Positions 46,168 to 56,005 of a DNA stretch of 64,000 nt are shown here, one piece after another. Source of the stretch: an uncultured delta proteobacterium (GTDB taxonomy: Bacteria > Myxococcota > B64-G9). Made by a program: the position numbers and the translations under genes. The stretch is from the NCBI GenBank assembly GCA_963754925.1, contig CAVWHX010000009.1:106526-170525 (forward strand), read 5' to 3'. Numbering within the stretch: position 1 is the stretch's first letter; every line of letters starts with the position of its first letter. The notes under the pieces were generated by a model. That model searched no databases. It was not told the origin of the DNA and saw only the letters and a list, made by a program, of their open reading frames with translations.

Positions 46168-47958
46168 TTACCGCTCGATCTCCGCGTCATTGCGCGGCCG
46201 TTGTTGGTAGCGTGTGTGCAACAAGTGGTGCGATTTTTCACCCAACGGCTTTTTCAGGAACTGTTCGTACAGTTTCTTGACGGCCGGGTTGTCATGCGAT
46301 TTGCGCAGGCTCTTGCCTTCGTCCTCCCGGTAGATGGCCTCGATGCGTCTCAGGCGCACCTGGTCGTCGGTATAGCGCGGCTGACCGCCGCCGCCGATGC
46401 AACCGCCGGGGCAGGTCATGACCTCGATGAAGTGATAGCTTTTCTCTCCCGACTTGACCGCCTCGATGACTTTTCGAGCGTTGCCGAGGCCATGGGCCAC
46501 GGCCACGTTGACGGTGACGCCCTCCAAAAATCTCCACTCGGGCAGCGTCTTTCCGATGGTCAAGGAAGCTTCCTTGACGCCGTCGAGACCGGCGATCGGC
46601 TTAATATGCAGCCCTGCGAACGGCAATTGTTGGCCAGTTATGATCTCGTAGGCCGTCCGCAGAGCCGCTTCCATTACTCCGCCGGTATTGGCGAAGATAT
46701 CCGCTGCGCCGGTGGATACCCCCAACGGGGCGTCCATTTCTCCATCGGGCAGTGCACCAAATTCAATCCCCGCCTGCTTGATCATACGCCCCAGCTCGCG
46801 GGTGGTAAGAACCACGTCCACGTCCCTAACGCCGCTGGCGTTCATCTCCGGTCGCTGGGCTTCAAACTTCTTTGCCGTGCAGGGCATGATCGAGACGACC
46901 ACGATGTCTTCGGCTTTCTTGCCCAGCTTTTCGGCATAAAAGGTCTTGGCGAGCGCCCCGAACATCTGCTGCGGCGACTTGCAGGTGGAGATGTTCGGCA
47001 GAATCTCGGGATAAAAATACTCGGCGTACTTGATCCAGCCCGGCGAGCAACTGGTAAACATCGGCAGCGCCACGGGTTTTTTGTCCTTGAGCGCTTCGGA
47101 AAGCCGAGTCAGCAGCTCGGTGCCTTCCTCCAGGATGGTGAGGTCGGCGGCAAAGTTGGTGTCGAACACGGCGTCAAAACCCAACCGGCGCAGCGCCGTG
47201 ATCATCTTGCCGGTGACCAAGGTGCCGGCCGGATAGCCAAAGCATTCGCCCAGGGCGGCGCGAATCGCCGGCGCGGTTTGGACAACGACATGCTTGGTGG
47301 GATCCTCCAAAGCCTTCCACACGGTCTCGATCTGGTCGTTTTCGGTAATGGCTCCCACCGGACAAACGGCCGCGCATTGGCCGCATTGCACGCACACCAT
47401 CTCGTCCAGGTTTTGGCAGAAAGCCGGCCCGATGACGGTTTTCAGGCCGCGGTTTTGCGCAAACAACGCTCCCACGCCTTGGTTCTGGGCGCAGACGGTG
47501 ACGCAGCGCCGACACAGTACGCACTTGCCGGTATCGCGGATAATGGCCGGCGTGCTGGTATCTTTGTACTTGCGGCTCATTTCGCCCGGGAAGTGAATCT
47601 CGCGGATTCCCGCCTCACGCGCGAGCGCCTGCAGTTCGCAATCGTCGTTACGGTCGCAGGTCTGACAATCGCCTTCATGATCGGACAGCAAAAGCTCCAG
47701 CACCGCCCGGCGGGCGTCGCGCACCCGCTGCGTCGTCGTATGCACCTTCATGCCTTCGGACACCGGCATGGCGCAGGAAGCCATGAGAGAACGGGCGCCC
47801 TCGACTTCCACTAAGCACACGCGGCAGGCGCCCATGGGGGTTGAGTTTTCAAGGAAGCAGAGGGTCGGGATGTTGATTCCCGCCTGCCGGGCCGCCTTGA
47901 GGATGGTCGTGTCCTTCGGGACCTCGACCTTGATGTTGTCTATGCTTAAGCTTGGCAT
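46168..47958 (-). CDS. hydA: [FeFe]-hydrogenase catalytic subunit, group A3 (HydA/HndD)
   Basis: [2Fe-2S], His-ligated HxxxCxxC, 2x[4Fe-4S]; FTSCSPGW, MPCTAKKFE, EVMTCPGGCIGGGGQP, HHLLHTRY. Confidence 0.97.
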   Translation of the reverse strand: MPSLSIDNIKVEVPKDTTILKAARQAGINIPTLCFLENSTPMGACRVCLVEVEGARSLMASCAMPVSEGMKVHTTTQRVRDARRAVLELLLSDHEGDCQTCDRNDDCELQALAREAGIREIHFPGEMSRKYKDTSTPAIIRDTGKCVLCRRCVTVCAQNQGVGALFAQNRGLKTVIGPAFCQNLDEMVCVQCGQCAAVCPVGAITENDQIETVWKALEDPTKHVVVQTAPAIRAALGECFGYPAGTLVTGKMITALRRLGFDAVFDTNFAADLTILEEGTELLTRLSEALKDKKPVALPMFTSCSPGWIKYAEYFYPEILPNISTCKSPQQMFGALAKTFYAEKLGKKAEDIVVVSIMPCTAKKFEAQRPEMNASGVRDVDVVLTTRELGRMIKQAGIEFGALPDGEMDAPLGVSTGAADIFANTGGVMEAALRTAYEIITGQQLPFAGLHIKPIAGLDGVKEASLTIGKTLPEWRFLEGVTVNVAVAHGLGNARKVIEAVKSGEKSYHFIEVMTCPGGCIGGGGQPRYTDDQVRLRRIEAIYREDEGKSLRKSHDNPAVKKLYEQFLKKPLGEKSHHLLHTRYQQRPRNDAEIER

Positions 47959-47964
47959 GGCTCG

Positions 47965-50900
47965 TTATCTCCCTTCCACGTTGCTTGCACATTCGCGATA
48001 GTCGCATCTCAGGCAGCGCTTCGTCTCCGAGAGCGCCACGGCTTTCGCCCAGGTCAGCTCCACCTCGTCGAAGCCCCTGCGCTTCGCCACGGGAATCATC
48101 TTCGTGGCCGGCCGGTTGCCCAGCACCGGGTCCGCGTTGGGGTCGAACTTCGTGTTCACGAGCCTGTTCTGCCGCCACGGCGCGTGCATCGCGCCGCTGA
48201 AGTATGCGTCGATGCCCACGGCCGCGCGCTCTCCTGCGCCGATGGCCTCCACCACGGAGGAAGGACCCGTCGCGGCGTCTCCGCCGGCAAAGATCCACTG
48301 CACCGAGGTCTGGCCCGTCACGGGATCCGCGTCCAGGTAGTGCCGCTCGTTCAGGCGCACCGTCACACCGTTGCCGGCGGGGCCGTGGAACAGCGCCCCG
48401 GCGTCCAGTGTCTGGCCGATGGCCGCGATCACGAGGTCCGCCATCGCGGTGAAATCGTTCTCACCCTTGGCTACAGGCTTGCGGCGGCCCGTGCGGTCGA
48501 AGTCTCCGAGCGCCATAGTCCTGAACCGCACCGCGTCGACCGCGCCCTTTTTTGCCACGAGCTCCATGGGCGCCGCGAGGAACTCGAACTTCACCCCCTC
48601 GCGCTCCGCCTCGTGGACCTCCTCCTCGTACGCGGGCATCTCGGCCCGGGTGCGCCGGTAGGCCACCGTGGAGCTGGCAGCGCCCAGCCGCAGGGCCGTG
48701 CGCGCGGCGTCGACCGCCGCGTTGCCGCCGCCGATCACTACGACGCTCTGCCCGTCGAGGCACTTGCCGCCCTTCAAGTTGTACTCCTTGAGGAAGCCCA
48801 GGGCATCCACCACGCCCTTCATGTCCTCGCCTTCCATGCCGAGGCCCATGCCCTTGGGCGCGCCGACGCCGAGGAACACGGCCTCGTATCCCTCGCCCCG
48901 CAGCTGGGCCAGTGAGAAGTCGCGGCCGAGCTTCTTCTTCGTCTTGATCGTGATGCCCAGCTCCGTCATGCCGCGGATCTCCTTCGCCAGGATGTCGCGC
49001 GGCAGCCGGTAGGCCGGGATGGCCTGGATGAGCATGCCGCCCGGCTTATCCTCGGCCTCGAAGACCGTGGGCCGATAGCCCAGGCGCGCCAGGAAGTACG
49101 CGCACGAGAGCCCCGCGGGCCCGGCGCCGATCACCGCGACCTTGCGCTTCGCATTCGCGGCCGCCGTTGCCATGCTGTCCGCCGGTGCGGGCGCCTCGAA
49201 CTCCTTCTCCTGGTCGGCGAGGTACCGCTTCACCGCTCGCACCGAGAGCGGCTCGTCCAGCGTCGAGCGCCGGCACTTGCTCTCGCAGGGGTGGAAGCAC
49301 ACCCGGGCGCAGACCGCCACGAAGGGGTTGCGCTCCCGGTGCAGCCGCAGCGCCTCGGGGTAACGCTTCTCGCCCGTGAGGCTCACGAAGCCCGGGATGT
49401 CCACGCCCGCCGGGCACGCGTTCTGGCAGGGCGCGCGCACGAGATCGGCGCACACGCCGGCCCGGCACTTCTTGTCGCGGATGTGCTCCACGAACTCTTC
49501 GCGGAAGTAGCGGATGTTGGACAGGACCGGGTTCGGCGCGGTCTGGCCCAGGCCGCAGAGGGACGTGTCCTTGATGATCTGCCCCAGCTCGATCAGCCGC
49601 TCGATGTCGCCCTCCTCGCCCTTGCCCGCGCAGATGCGGTTGAGGATCTCGAGCATGCGCAGCGTACCCACGCGGCACGGCGTGCACTTACCGCAGGACT
49701 CGTCCTGCGTGAACTCCAGGAAGAACCGGGCCATGTCGACCATGCAGGAGTCCTCGTCCATGACGATGAGACCGCCCGATCCCATGATGGCGCCCAGCTC
49801 CGTGATCGACTCGTAGTCCACGGGCACGTTGAGGTGTTCCTTGGGGATGCACCCGCCCGAGGGCCCGCCGATCTGCGCCGCCTTGAACTTCTTCCCGTTG
49901 GGGATGCCGCCGCCGATGTCGTAGATGATCTCCCCGAGGGGAACGCCCATGTTCACCTCGACGAGGCCGACGTTGTTCACCTTGCCGGTGAGCGCGAAGA
50001 TCTTCGTGCCCGGGCTCTTCGGCGTGCCCACCGAGCGGAACCATTCCGACCCGTTGGCCACGATGAGCGGCACGTTGGCCAGCGTCTCCACGTTGTTGAG
50101 CACCGAGGGCTTCTCCCACAAGCCCGCCACCGGCGGGAAACGGCGGCCGCGGGCGGGGCTCGCCGCGCTTGCCCTCGATGGAGCGCATGAGGGCCGTCTC
50201 CTCTCCGCACACGAACGCACCCGACCCGCGGGAGATCTCGATGTCGAAATCGAAGCCCGTGCCGAGGATGTCCTTCCCGAGCAGGCCGCGCTCGCGGCAC
50301 TGGTCGATGGCGAGGGTCAGGCGTTCGATGGCGAGCGGGTACTCGGCGCGGCAGTAGATGTAGCCCTGGCTCGCGCCGATGGCCCGCGCGCCGATGATCA
50401 TGCCCTCGAGCACCGCGTGCGGGTCGCTCTCCAGGACGCTGCGGTCCATGAACGCGCCGGGGTCGCCCTCATCGGCGTTGCACAGGAAGTACTTGCGGTC
50501 GGCCTGTGCCTTGGAGGCGAGCTCCCACTTCACGCCCGCGGGGAAGCCCGCGCCGCCGCGGCCGCGAAGGCCCGAGGCCTTCATGGTGTCGATGATCCCC
50601 TGCGGGGTCATTTCCAGCAGCGCCTTCGCCGTGGCGATGTACCCGCCGCGGCCGATGTACTCCTCGATGCTCGTGGCCGAGATCCTGCCCTTATTGTGCA
50701 ATACGCGCAGGTTTTGGCGCGAGAAGAACGGGATGTCGGCGTAGTGCGGGATCACGGCCTGGGTCACGGGGTGGCGGAACATCAGCCGCTCCACCGGGCG
50801 GCCCTTCAGCACGTGCTCCTCGACCAGCTCGGGCATGTCCTCGGGCGTGAGCTTCTGGTAGAAGTAACCGCCCGGGTACACCACCAGGATCGGGCCGCAG

Positions 50901-51100
50901 GCGCAGAAGCCGTTGCAGCCCGTGGAGACCACGGAGACCTCGCCCGAGGAGCGCGCGGTATCCATGTCCCTGATCGCCACCTCGTCCATGAGCTCTCGCG
51001 CGGCCAGCTCCTTCACCAGCGCCTCGCGCACCTTCTCGGCTCCCGAGGAAACGCAGCCAGTGCCGAAGCACATCAGCAGGTGCATGCGTGTGGTCTTCAT
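47965..51100 (-). CDS. hydB: HydB/NuoF-like flavoprotein subunit fused to a GltD-like FAD/NADPH module; 1-bp frameshift at about 50131
   Basis: [52 protein letters not shown]; then [42 protein letters not shown]. Confidence 0.93.
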
Positions 51101-51510
51101 GAACGTTCCCCCTTTCCCTTCGCTGCGGCGTCAGAGGGCTCGTTGCCCATATATACGACGTACGCGCTCGCGTTCTTGCCCGCGATGGTCTTCTGGAACA
51201 CCTCGCGGACCTTCTCCGCGTCGAGGTGCCCGTAGAGCACCGGCTGGGCGTCAAGGGTTTCCACGGTCATGACCGGCTCGTGCGCGCAGGCGCCGATGCA
51301 GCCCGACGTGGTGAGCCGGATGTCCGTGCGGCCGCTCGCTTCAATCTCCGTGGCCAGGGCGTTCATGACCTCGCGGGCGCCGCTAGCAATCCCGCACGTT
51401 CCCATGTGCACGGTGAAGCACATGCGGTAGCCGTCTTCGCGGAGAGCGGTCTTCTTCTGCGCCTCGTCCCTGATGGCGAGGATGTCTTTGAGGCTCCTGA
51501 TCTTAGGCAT
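51097..51510 (-). CDS. Thioredoxin-like [2Fe-2S] ferredoxin subunit (HndB/HydD-like)
   Basis: VHMGTCGIASGAR, TSGCIGACAHEP. Confidence 0.9.
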   Translation of the reverse strand: MPKIRSLKDILAIRDEAQKKTALREDGYRMCFTVHMGTCGIASGAREVMNALATEIEASGRTDIRLTTSGCIGACAHEPVMTVETLDAQPVLYGHLDAEKVREVFQKTIAGKNASAYVVYMGNEPSDAAAKGKGERS

Positions 51511-52114
51511 GGACCTTCCCTCCTTCCTTCTTCGCACTGCGCGCTGCGGCCGCGGTTATCTTCACGGCCAGCTTCTTCGCCGGCGCCTTCTTGGTCGTCG
51601 TCGCCGGCGCGGAGTACTTTGCGAGGATCTCGCGAACGCGCGCGGGGCGCACACGCTTGTAGACCTCTTCGTCGATGCACATGGCGGGGGCGAGGCCGCA
51701 CGCGCCGAAGCAGCGGGCCACCTCGAGGCTGAACATGCCGTCCTTCGACGTCTCGCCCACCTCTATGCCCAGCTCCCGGCGCATGGCCTCCAGCACCTGC
51801 TTGCCGCCCCGCACGTAGCAGGCGGTGCCGAGGCAGACGCGGATCACGTGCTTGCCGCGGGGCTGCGTCGAGAAGAAGGCGTAGAAGCTGACCACACCCG
51901 CCACCTCGCTGTAGGGCTTCTTCAGTTCTTCGGCAATGCGTTTCAGCACGGGCATCGGCAAGTAGCCGCCGTAGATTCCCTGGGCGATTTGCAGCACCGG
52001 AATAAGCGCTCCGGGCTTGTTTTTGTGCTCCTTGAGCACATCGTCGAGCCGAGCCAGCAGCTCGGTCTCGCTGGCCTGTTCACACGCACAGGCGCTTTTT
52101 GTTACAGACGCCAT
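51503..52114 (-). CDS. hydC: NuoE-like [2Fe-2S] subunit (HydC/HndA)
   Basis: LIPVLQ.AQ, GVVSFY, VCLGTACYVRG, RCFGACGLAP; Lys/Ala-rich C-terminal tail. Confidence 0.94.
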   Translation of the reverse strand: MASVTKSACACEQASETELLARLDDVLKEHKNKPGALIPVLQIAQGIYGGYLPMPVLKRIAEELKKPYSEVAGVVSFYAFFSTQPRGKHVIRVCLGTACYVRGGKQVLEAMRRELGIEVGETSKDGMFSLEVARCFGACGLAPAMCIDEEVYKRVRPARVREILAKYSAPATTTKKAPAKKLAVKITAAAARSAKKEGGKVHA

Positions 52115-52142
52115 GTCTCCTCCTTTTTGTTTTTCATCGTTG

Positions 52143-52688
52143 CTAAGCCACTAATATTAATTCCGCCATACCGCGTTTGACGTTCTCCGATACCCGACGT
52201 GCCAGGGATAGCCCACTCCGGCTGTAAGCCGGCAACTCTTTGGCCAATACGGCGCTATTCACCACACATTCCTTTCCATCGACCTTCAATCGACATACCA
52301 ATTCAAGCCCGGGGTTGGTGCACACCATCGACGACAGCGTGGCCGCCAGGTCTCCGAGCGGGCAGCGATCAACGTGTCTGAGTTTCAAGGAGGCCTGCAC
52401 CGAGGCACCGCCGAGCTCGGACGTACCGATCTCAAACGAGCCGCCGGTCCGCTCGGCCGCCGCCTTGAAGAGGCTCAGCCCAAGTCCGGTTTTTTTTCCG
52501 GGCTTCGTGGTGTAAAACGGATCCGTGACCTTTTCGATGGGGTCTTGAATGCCGAAACCATTGTCTTCTACCTTAATGATCAGCCAATCCCGTTCTTGAT
52601 CCTGGATCACCGTCACCGCCACCATTGTTGCGCCCGCTCGAATGGAGTTCTCCAGCAAATCTAGGATGTGGAGCGATAGGTCACGCAC
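52143..52688 (-). CDS. Stand-alone HATPase_c (kinase-like ATP-binding) protein of hydrogenase clusters
   Basis: LSLHILDLLENSIRAGA, EDNGFG, DPFYTTK, GLGLSL, DRCPLGD. Confidence 0.88.
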   Translation of the reverse strand: MRDLSLHILDLLENSIRAGATMVAVTVIQDQERDWLIIKVEDNGFGIQDPIEKVTDPFYTTKPGKKTGLGLSLFKAAAERTGGSFEIGTSELGGASVQASLKLRHVDRCPLGDLAATLSSMVCTNPGLELVCRLKVDGKECVVNSAVLAKELPAYSRSGLSLARRVSENVKRGMAELILVA

Positions 52689-53415
52689 GGCGACACTCCC
52701 GTCCGCCCTGGCCGCGCACCGCCAGGACCAACTCGTTGAAATTCGGCTCGTACGACCACAATCGGGTCCGACTTTTTCCCAGTTCCGATAGAAAATGCGC
52801 GTCCGACGAAGACAACACTGGTAACGCCAATTGTTCGATCTGCCGAGCCCATAACGATCGGGCCAGGTACGCGGTCACTTCGATGGCGTCAAAACCCGCG
52901 TCCGCCGGGAAGAAGCCCAGTTGTCCGTAAATGCCGAAGGATGGCCGATCCACGTGGGCCGCCACCGCCAGTCCGCGATGGCGCTTGATGAGATCAATCG
53001 CCGCGTTGAGCTCCAGGCCAGAGCTGCTCGAGAGCAGCCGAGGCTCGAAAGCGGTCGGTTCGCCTTGGTCATCAAACACCAGTTGCGCTTCCTGCCCCTT
53101 GTGCTCGGTCGAGATCAGCGGTACATTCGTCGAGAACTCGGCCGCAGCAGCCTCGGCCGCACGAGCGTCGGGGAAGAGCCCCACCACGTGGACTTCTTCG
53201 GTGGTGGTGATTTCCATACCCGCTAGAACACAGAGCCGCGACCCGGCCACCGCTTGGACGGCCGCAACGTTGTGAGCAGCATTGTGGTCACAGATAGCAA
53301 TCATCGAAAGTCCTTGTAGAAGCGCTTGTTCAACAATCCTCCGGGGCGTCATCTCCCGGTCAGCGCACGGGGAGAGCGCGGTATGAACATGGAGGTCGGC
53401 GAAAAACGCTTTCAC
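52681..53415 (-). CDS. PHP-domain metal-dependent phosphoesterase
   Basis: DLHVHTALSPC, CDHN, AAHVDR, SSDAH. Confidence 0.92.
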   Translation of the reverse strand: MKAFFADLHVHTALSPCADREMTPRRIVEQALLQGLSMIAICDHNAAHNVAAVQAVAGSRLCVLAGMEITTTEEVHVVGLFPDARAAEAAAAEFSTNVPLISTEHKGQEAQLVFDDQGEPTAFEPRLLSSSSGLELNAAIDLIKRHRGLAVAAHVDRPSFGIYGQLGFFPADAGFDAIEVTAYLARSLWARQIEQLALPVLSSSDAHFLSELGKSRTRLWSYEPNFNELVLAVRGQGGRECRRA

Positions 53416-53765
53416 GCATTTCGTCCTCTTAACCCCAACTGATACAGCCTTCCTACGATATCGAACGCGGTCTCGTGGGAAACGAAGAGCGGTATTTCCT
53501 CCTGCACCGCGCGGGCGATGACCGCCTCATTCGGTTCGCGTCCGGAAGCGAAGATCACCCCTGCCATATTGGCGTGCATCGCCACCGCCACAACATTGAG
53601 GTGCACCTGGGTCGTCACCCACAACCCCTCGGTGGGCGCATTGGCCAGCACGTCGCTCAGCATGTCGGAGACATATCCGCCGCTCACCTCGCGACTGCCG
53701 AGCTCATCAAGGTTCGGGGTAACCAGCTTCAAGTTGACCTCTTTCGCGATACGGTTCAGGTTCAC
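53412..53765 (-). CDS. DRTGG-domain (HPr kinase N-terminal-like) protein
   Basis: GGYVSDMLSDVLA, WVTTQVHLNVVAVA. Confidence 0.88.
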   Translation of the reverse strand: MNLNRIAKEVNLKLVTPNLDELGSREVSGGYVSDMLSDVLANAPTEGLWVTTQVHLNVVAVAMHANMAGVIFASGREPNEAVIARAVQEEIPLFVSHETAFDIVGRLYQLGLRGRNA

Positions 53766-55369
53766 GATGGATTCTCCTCTCGATCAAAACGCTCGCTGCA
53801 GGCGGTCACTTCGCAGCGCCCGAGCACCACATCTTCCGCAAAGGCCTCACAACTTGGCGATCCGCACAGGCCACAGTCCGTGCCTGGCAATCGCCGAGTC
53901 AGGCGGCCGATGTCGCCCAGCTTGAGCATGGCGGTGGGCAGGTGCGAATCGACACGGATCCCCGGACGGGGCCGAAAACTTTGAGTTCGGGTCAGATCCG
54001 CCGTTTGAGGCTCGTGCGCAGCGGCTCCTGGTTCCGGCATACGGTGATTTCGATATTCGGCGATAAACGGGTTCTCCCATAAGAGCGAGGAGCCCCGGCA
54101 GCCCTGGTCGCACGCATACAATTCAAGGACTACGACATCCGGCACCGCACCGTTTTCGATCTCTTCGAGTATTCCCCGCACGTGCCGAATGCCGGTAACC
54201 CGTAGCAACCCTTCGGGTACCGCCGCCGCTTTTCGATCCCTTGACGCCGCTGACTCGGAAACGGTTTGTTCCTCGCCTCCACCTCTGTCCGTTCCGTGCG
54301 CCAGCAACTCATGCATCATCGATCGCACGGCGCCCGGCGTCATGAAACGCAAGCTATTGCGGCGGTTAACGGTCAGCGCGGCGGAACGTTGGGCCGGGCA
54401 CAGGGTTATCAGAACCACGGCCCGGTTGGCATGCCGTCTCAGGGCGGCTTCGGGGGCCGAGTACAGCGGCGCGAGGTTTGGCAGCAGCGCGGGGAATCTC
54501 GATTCGATGAGCTGAACGACAGCCGGGCATCCCGGCGAGATAATCGGTCGTGCGCTTTGACCAGCAGCTCGTTGCGCAAGAGCTTCGGTCAAGGCCTGTT
54601 CCCAGAAGGTCAGCGCGACGATACCCGCGAAACCTAACCGCGCCGCCGCCGACCGAACCCGCGCCGGCGAATGCGCCGCGCCAAACTGAGCGAGTAGCGC
54701 CTCCGGCAGAAGGAGAAACTCCTGGGGATTGACGGCCGCTCGCTCGTTCGCTTCAGGAAGCGCCAACGCCCCGGTCGGGCAGGCGCCGATGCAGGTCGTA
54801 CATTCAATGCACCGGTGGGCTAAGACATCAACGCGCTTCGGTCCGCGGACGCGCACGGCCTGCGTTGGGCAGACCCACAGACAGCGTCGGCAGCCCGTGC
54901 AACGCTCGAGATCAACGCGCAGCGAGTCTTGCGGGCGCGCGGTGTCCTTCTGTGACTGAATGTCTATTGAAAAAAATACCCGGGTGCCCCGGCCGACCTG
55001 TGAGGTGATCTCGAACCGGTTGCTGTTTCTTTTGATATTGGGCAGCCCCATCCCGGCCCCGAAACCGAGATCGCGCGCCTGTGGGGGCGCGGTGGAAAAC
55101 CCTTCCTGGAGCGCCTGATCGATATTCTCGATGCCGGGGCCTTCGTCTTCCACCACCACATCGATCCGCTGCGGATGGAAGGTAACCTCCATGTAGCCAC
55201 GCTTGGCGTGAATGACCACGTTCATCTCGGACTCGTACGCGGCCACCATCGCCCGGCGAATCGAGGCCGGATCGACACCCAGCTGCTTGAGAATTTCTTT
55301 CAGTTGGCGGGAGGCTGAACCACCACTATCGTAGTCGCCGCCGGAGATGGTATAGCGGACCGTATCCAT
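53762..55369 (-). CDS. Anti-sigma-type Ser/Thr kinase (RsbT/RsbW-like) fused to 2x[4Fe-4S], a degenerate [FeFe]-hydrogenase-like domain and a FeS domain
   Basis: AAYESEMNVVIHA, EDEGPGI, GFGAGMGLPNIKR; CTGCRRCLWVC, CIECTTCIGAC; SPGCPA, TLCPAQ, YACDQGC; PGTDCGLCGSPSC...C; start MDTVRY after an AAGGA RBS. Confidence 0.88.
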   Translation of the reverse strand: MDTVRYTISGGDYDSGGSASRQLKEILKQLGVDPASIRRAMVAAYESEMNVVIHAKRGYMEVTFHPQRIDVVVEDEGPGIENIDQALQEGFSTAPPQARDLGFGAGMGLPNIKRNSNRFEITSQVGRGTRVFFSIDIQSQKDTARPQDSLRVDLERCTGCRRCLWVCPTQAVRVRGPKRVDVLAHRCIECTTCIGACPTGALALPEANERAAVNPQEFLLLPEALLAQFGAAHSPARVRSAAARLGFAGIVALTFWEQALTEALAQRAAGQSARPIISPGCPAVVQLIESRFPALLPNLAPLYSAPEAALRRHANRAVVLITLCPAQRSAALTVNRRNSLRFMTPGAVRSMMHELLAHGTDRGGGEEQTVSESAASRDRKAAAVPEGLLRVTGIRHVRGILEEIENGAVPDVVVLELYACDQGCRGSSLLWENPFIAEYRNHRMPEPGAAAHEPQTADLTRTQSFRPRPGIRVDSHLPTAMLKLGDIGRLTRRLPGTDCGLCGSPSCEAFAEDVVLGRCEVTACSERFDREENPS

Positions 55370-55403
55370 GTAGTCCTTCTGCCGCTCACGGATTGACGCC
55401 CCC

Positions 55404-55754
55404 TTACGATAGCGAACGTTCCTTGGCCAACAGGACATATAAGCGTCCGCACGTTTCGAACATTCCCAGTGGCGATGAGAGGAGCCACGTCCCCGAGCGT
55501 TTGGCAGCCTGTAAAAGAATGCCGTCCGGGATGGCACCGTTGAGCAGGCATAAGGCCGGTACGTCCATCAGCTCCGCCAATCGGAGGAGTTGGTTGCTCA
55601 GGATGTTGGTCACTATCAACGTGGTGGTCGACGCATGATTGAGCAGGTCGCTGACGCGATCCCCGGCATAAACTTGTAGGACCTCGGTCAGGTCCATAGA
55701 CCCGCGCTGGACTAAGTTGATGTTAATCTTCTGTGCGATGTCGGCGATCTTCAT
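55404..55754 (-). CDS. DRTGG-domain protein
   Basis: VYAGDRVSDLL, LRLAELMD, MFETCGRLY. Confidence 0.85.
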   Translation of the reverse strand: MKIADIAQKININLVQRGSMDLTEVLQVYAGDRVSDLLNHASTTTLIVTNILSNQLLRLAELMDVPALCLLNGAIPDGILLQAAKRSGTWLLSSPLGMFETCGRLYVLLAKERSLS

Positions 55755-55787
55755 AGTCCTCGCTCCCGGACGGCGATCATTAACTAG

Positions 55788-55803
55788 AGCAAGGCATGTG
55801 CCA
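55788..55803 (-). promoter_or_regulatory. sigma54 (-24/-12) promoter of the hydrogenase operon
   Basis: Minus strand TGGCACATGCCTTGCT: exact GG-N10-GC spacing, 33 bp before the first start codon. Confidence 0.88.
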
Positions 55804-56005
55804 GAACCAGTTTGGATGCTTCAAAAAAACCGTCGACTATACCGCTCGTTAGAACCAGCCCGTCTCAAGCACCAACGCGGCCTATGGGCACCAATCGGTC
55901 TTTTACATCGCCGAAAAAAGGTCTTACCCAAATAAGAGCATCTATTTCAATATGATATGATGGTTGGGTACGAACTGCTCACGGGAGAGTTATGCACATT
56001 TTAAT

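Noticed and set aside
47035..47062. HydA motif TSCSP instead of TSCCP as an inactivating change
   Set aside because: TSCSP is a common variant in group A3 enzymes and the other H-cluster motifs are intact
50120..50140. Programmed ribosomal frameshift in hydB (likewise katG, helicase, glgX)
   Set aside because: No slippery heptamer; breaks fall inside conserved domains and similar indels occur throughout the window
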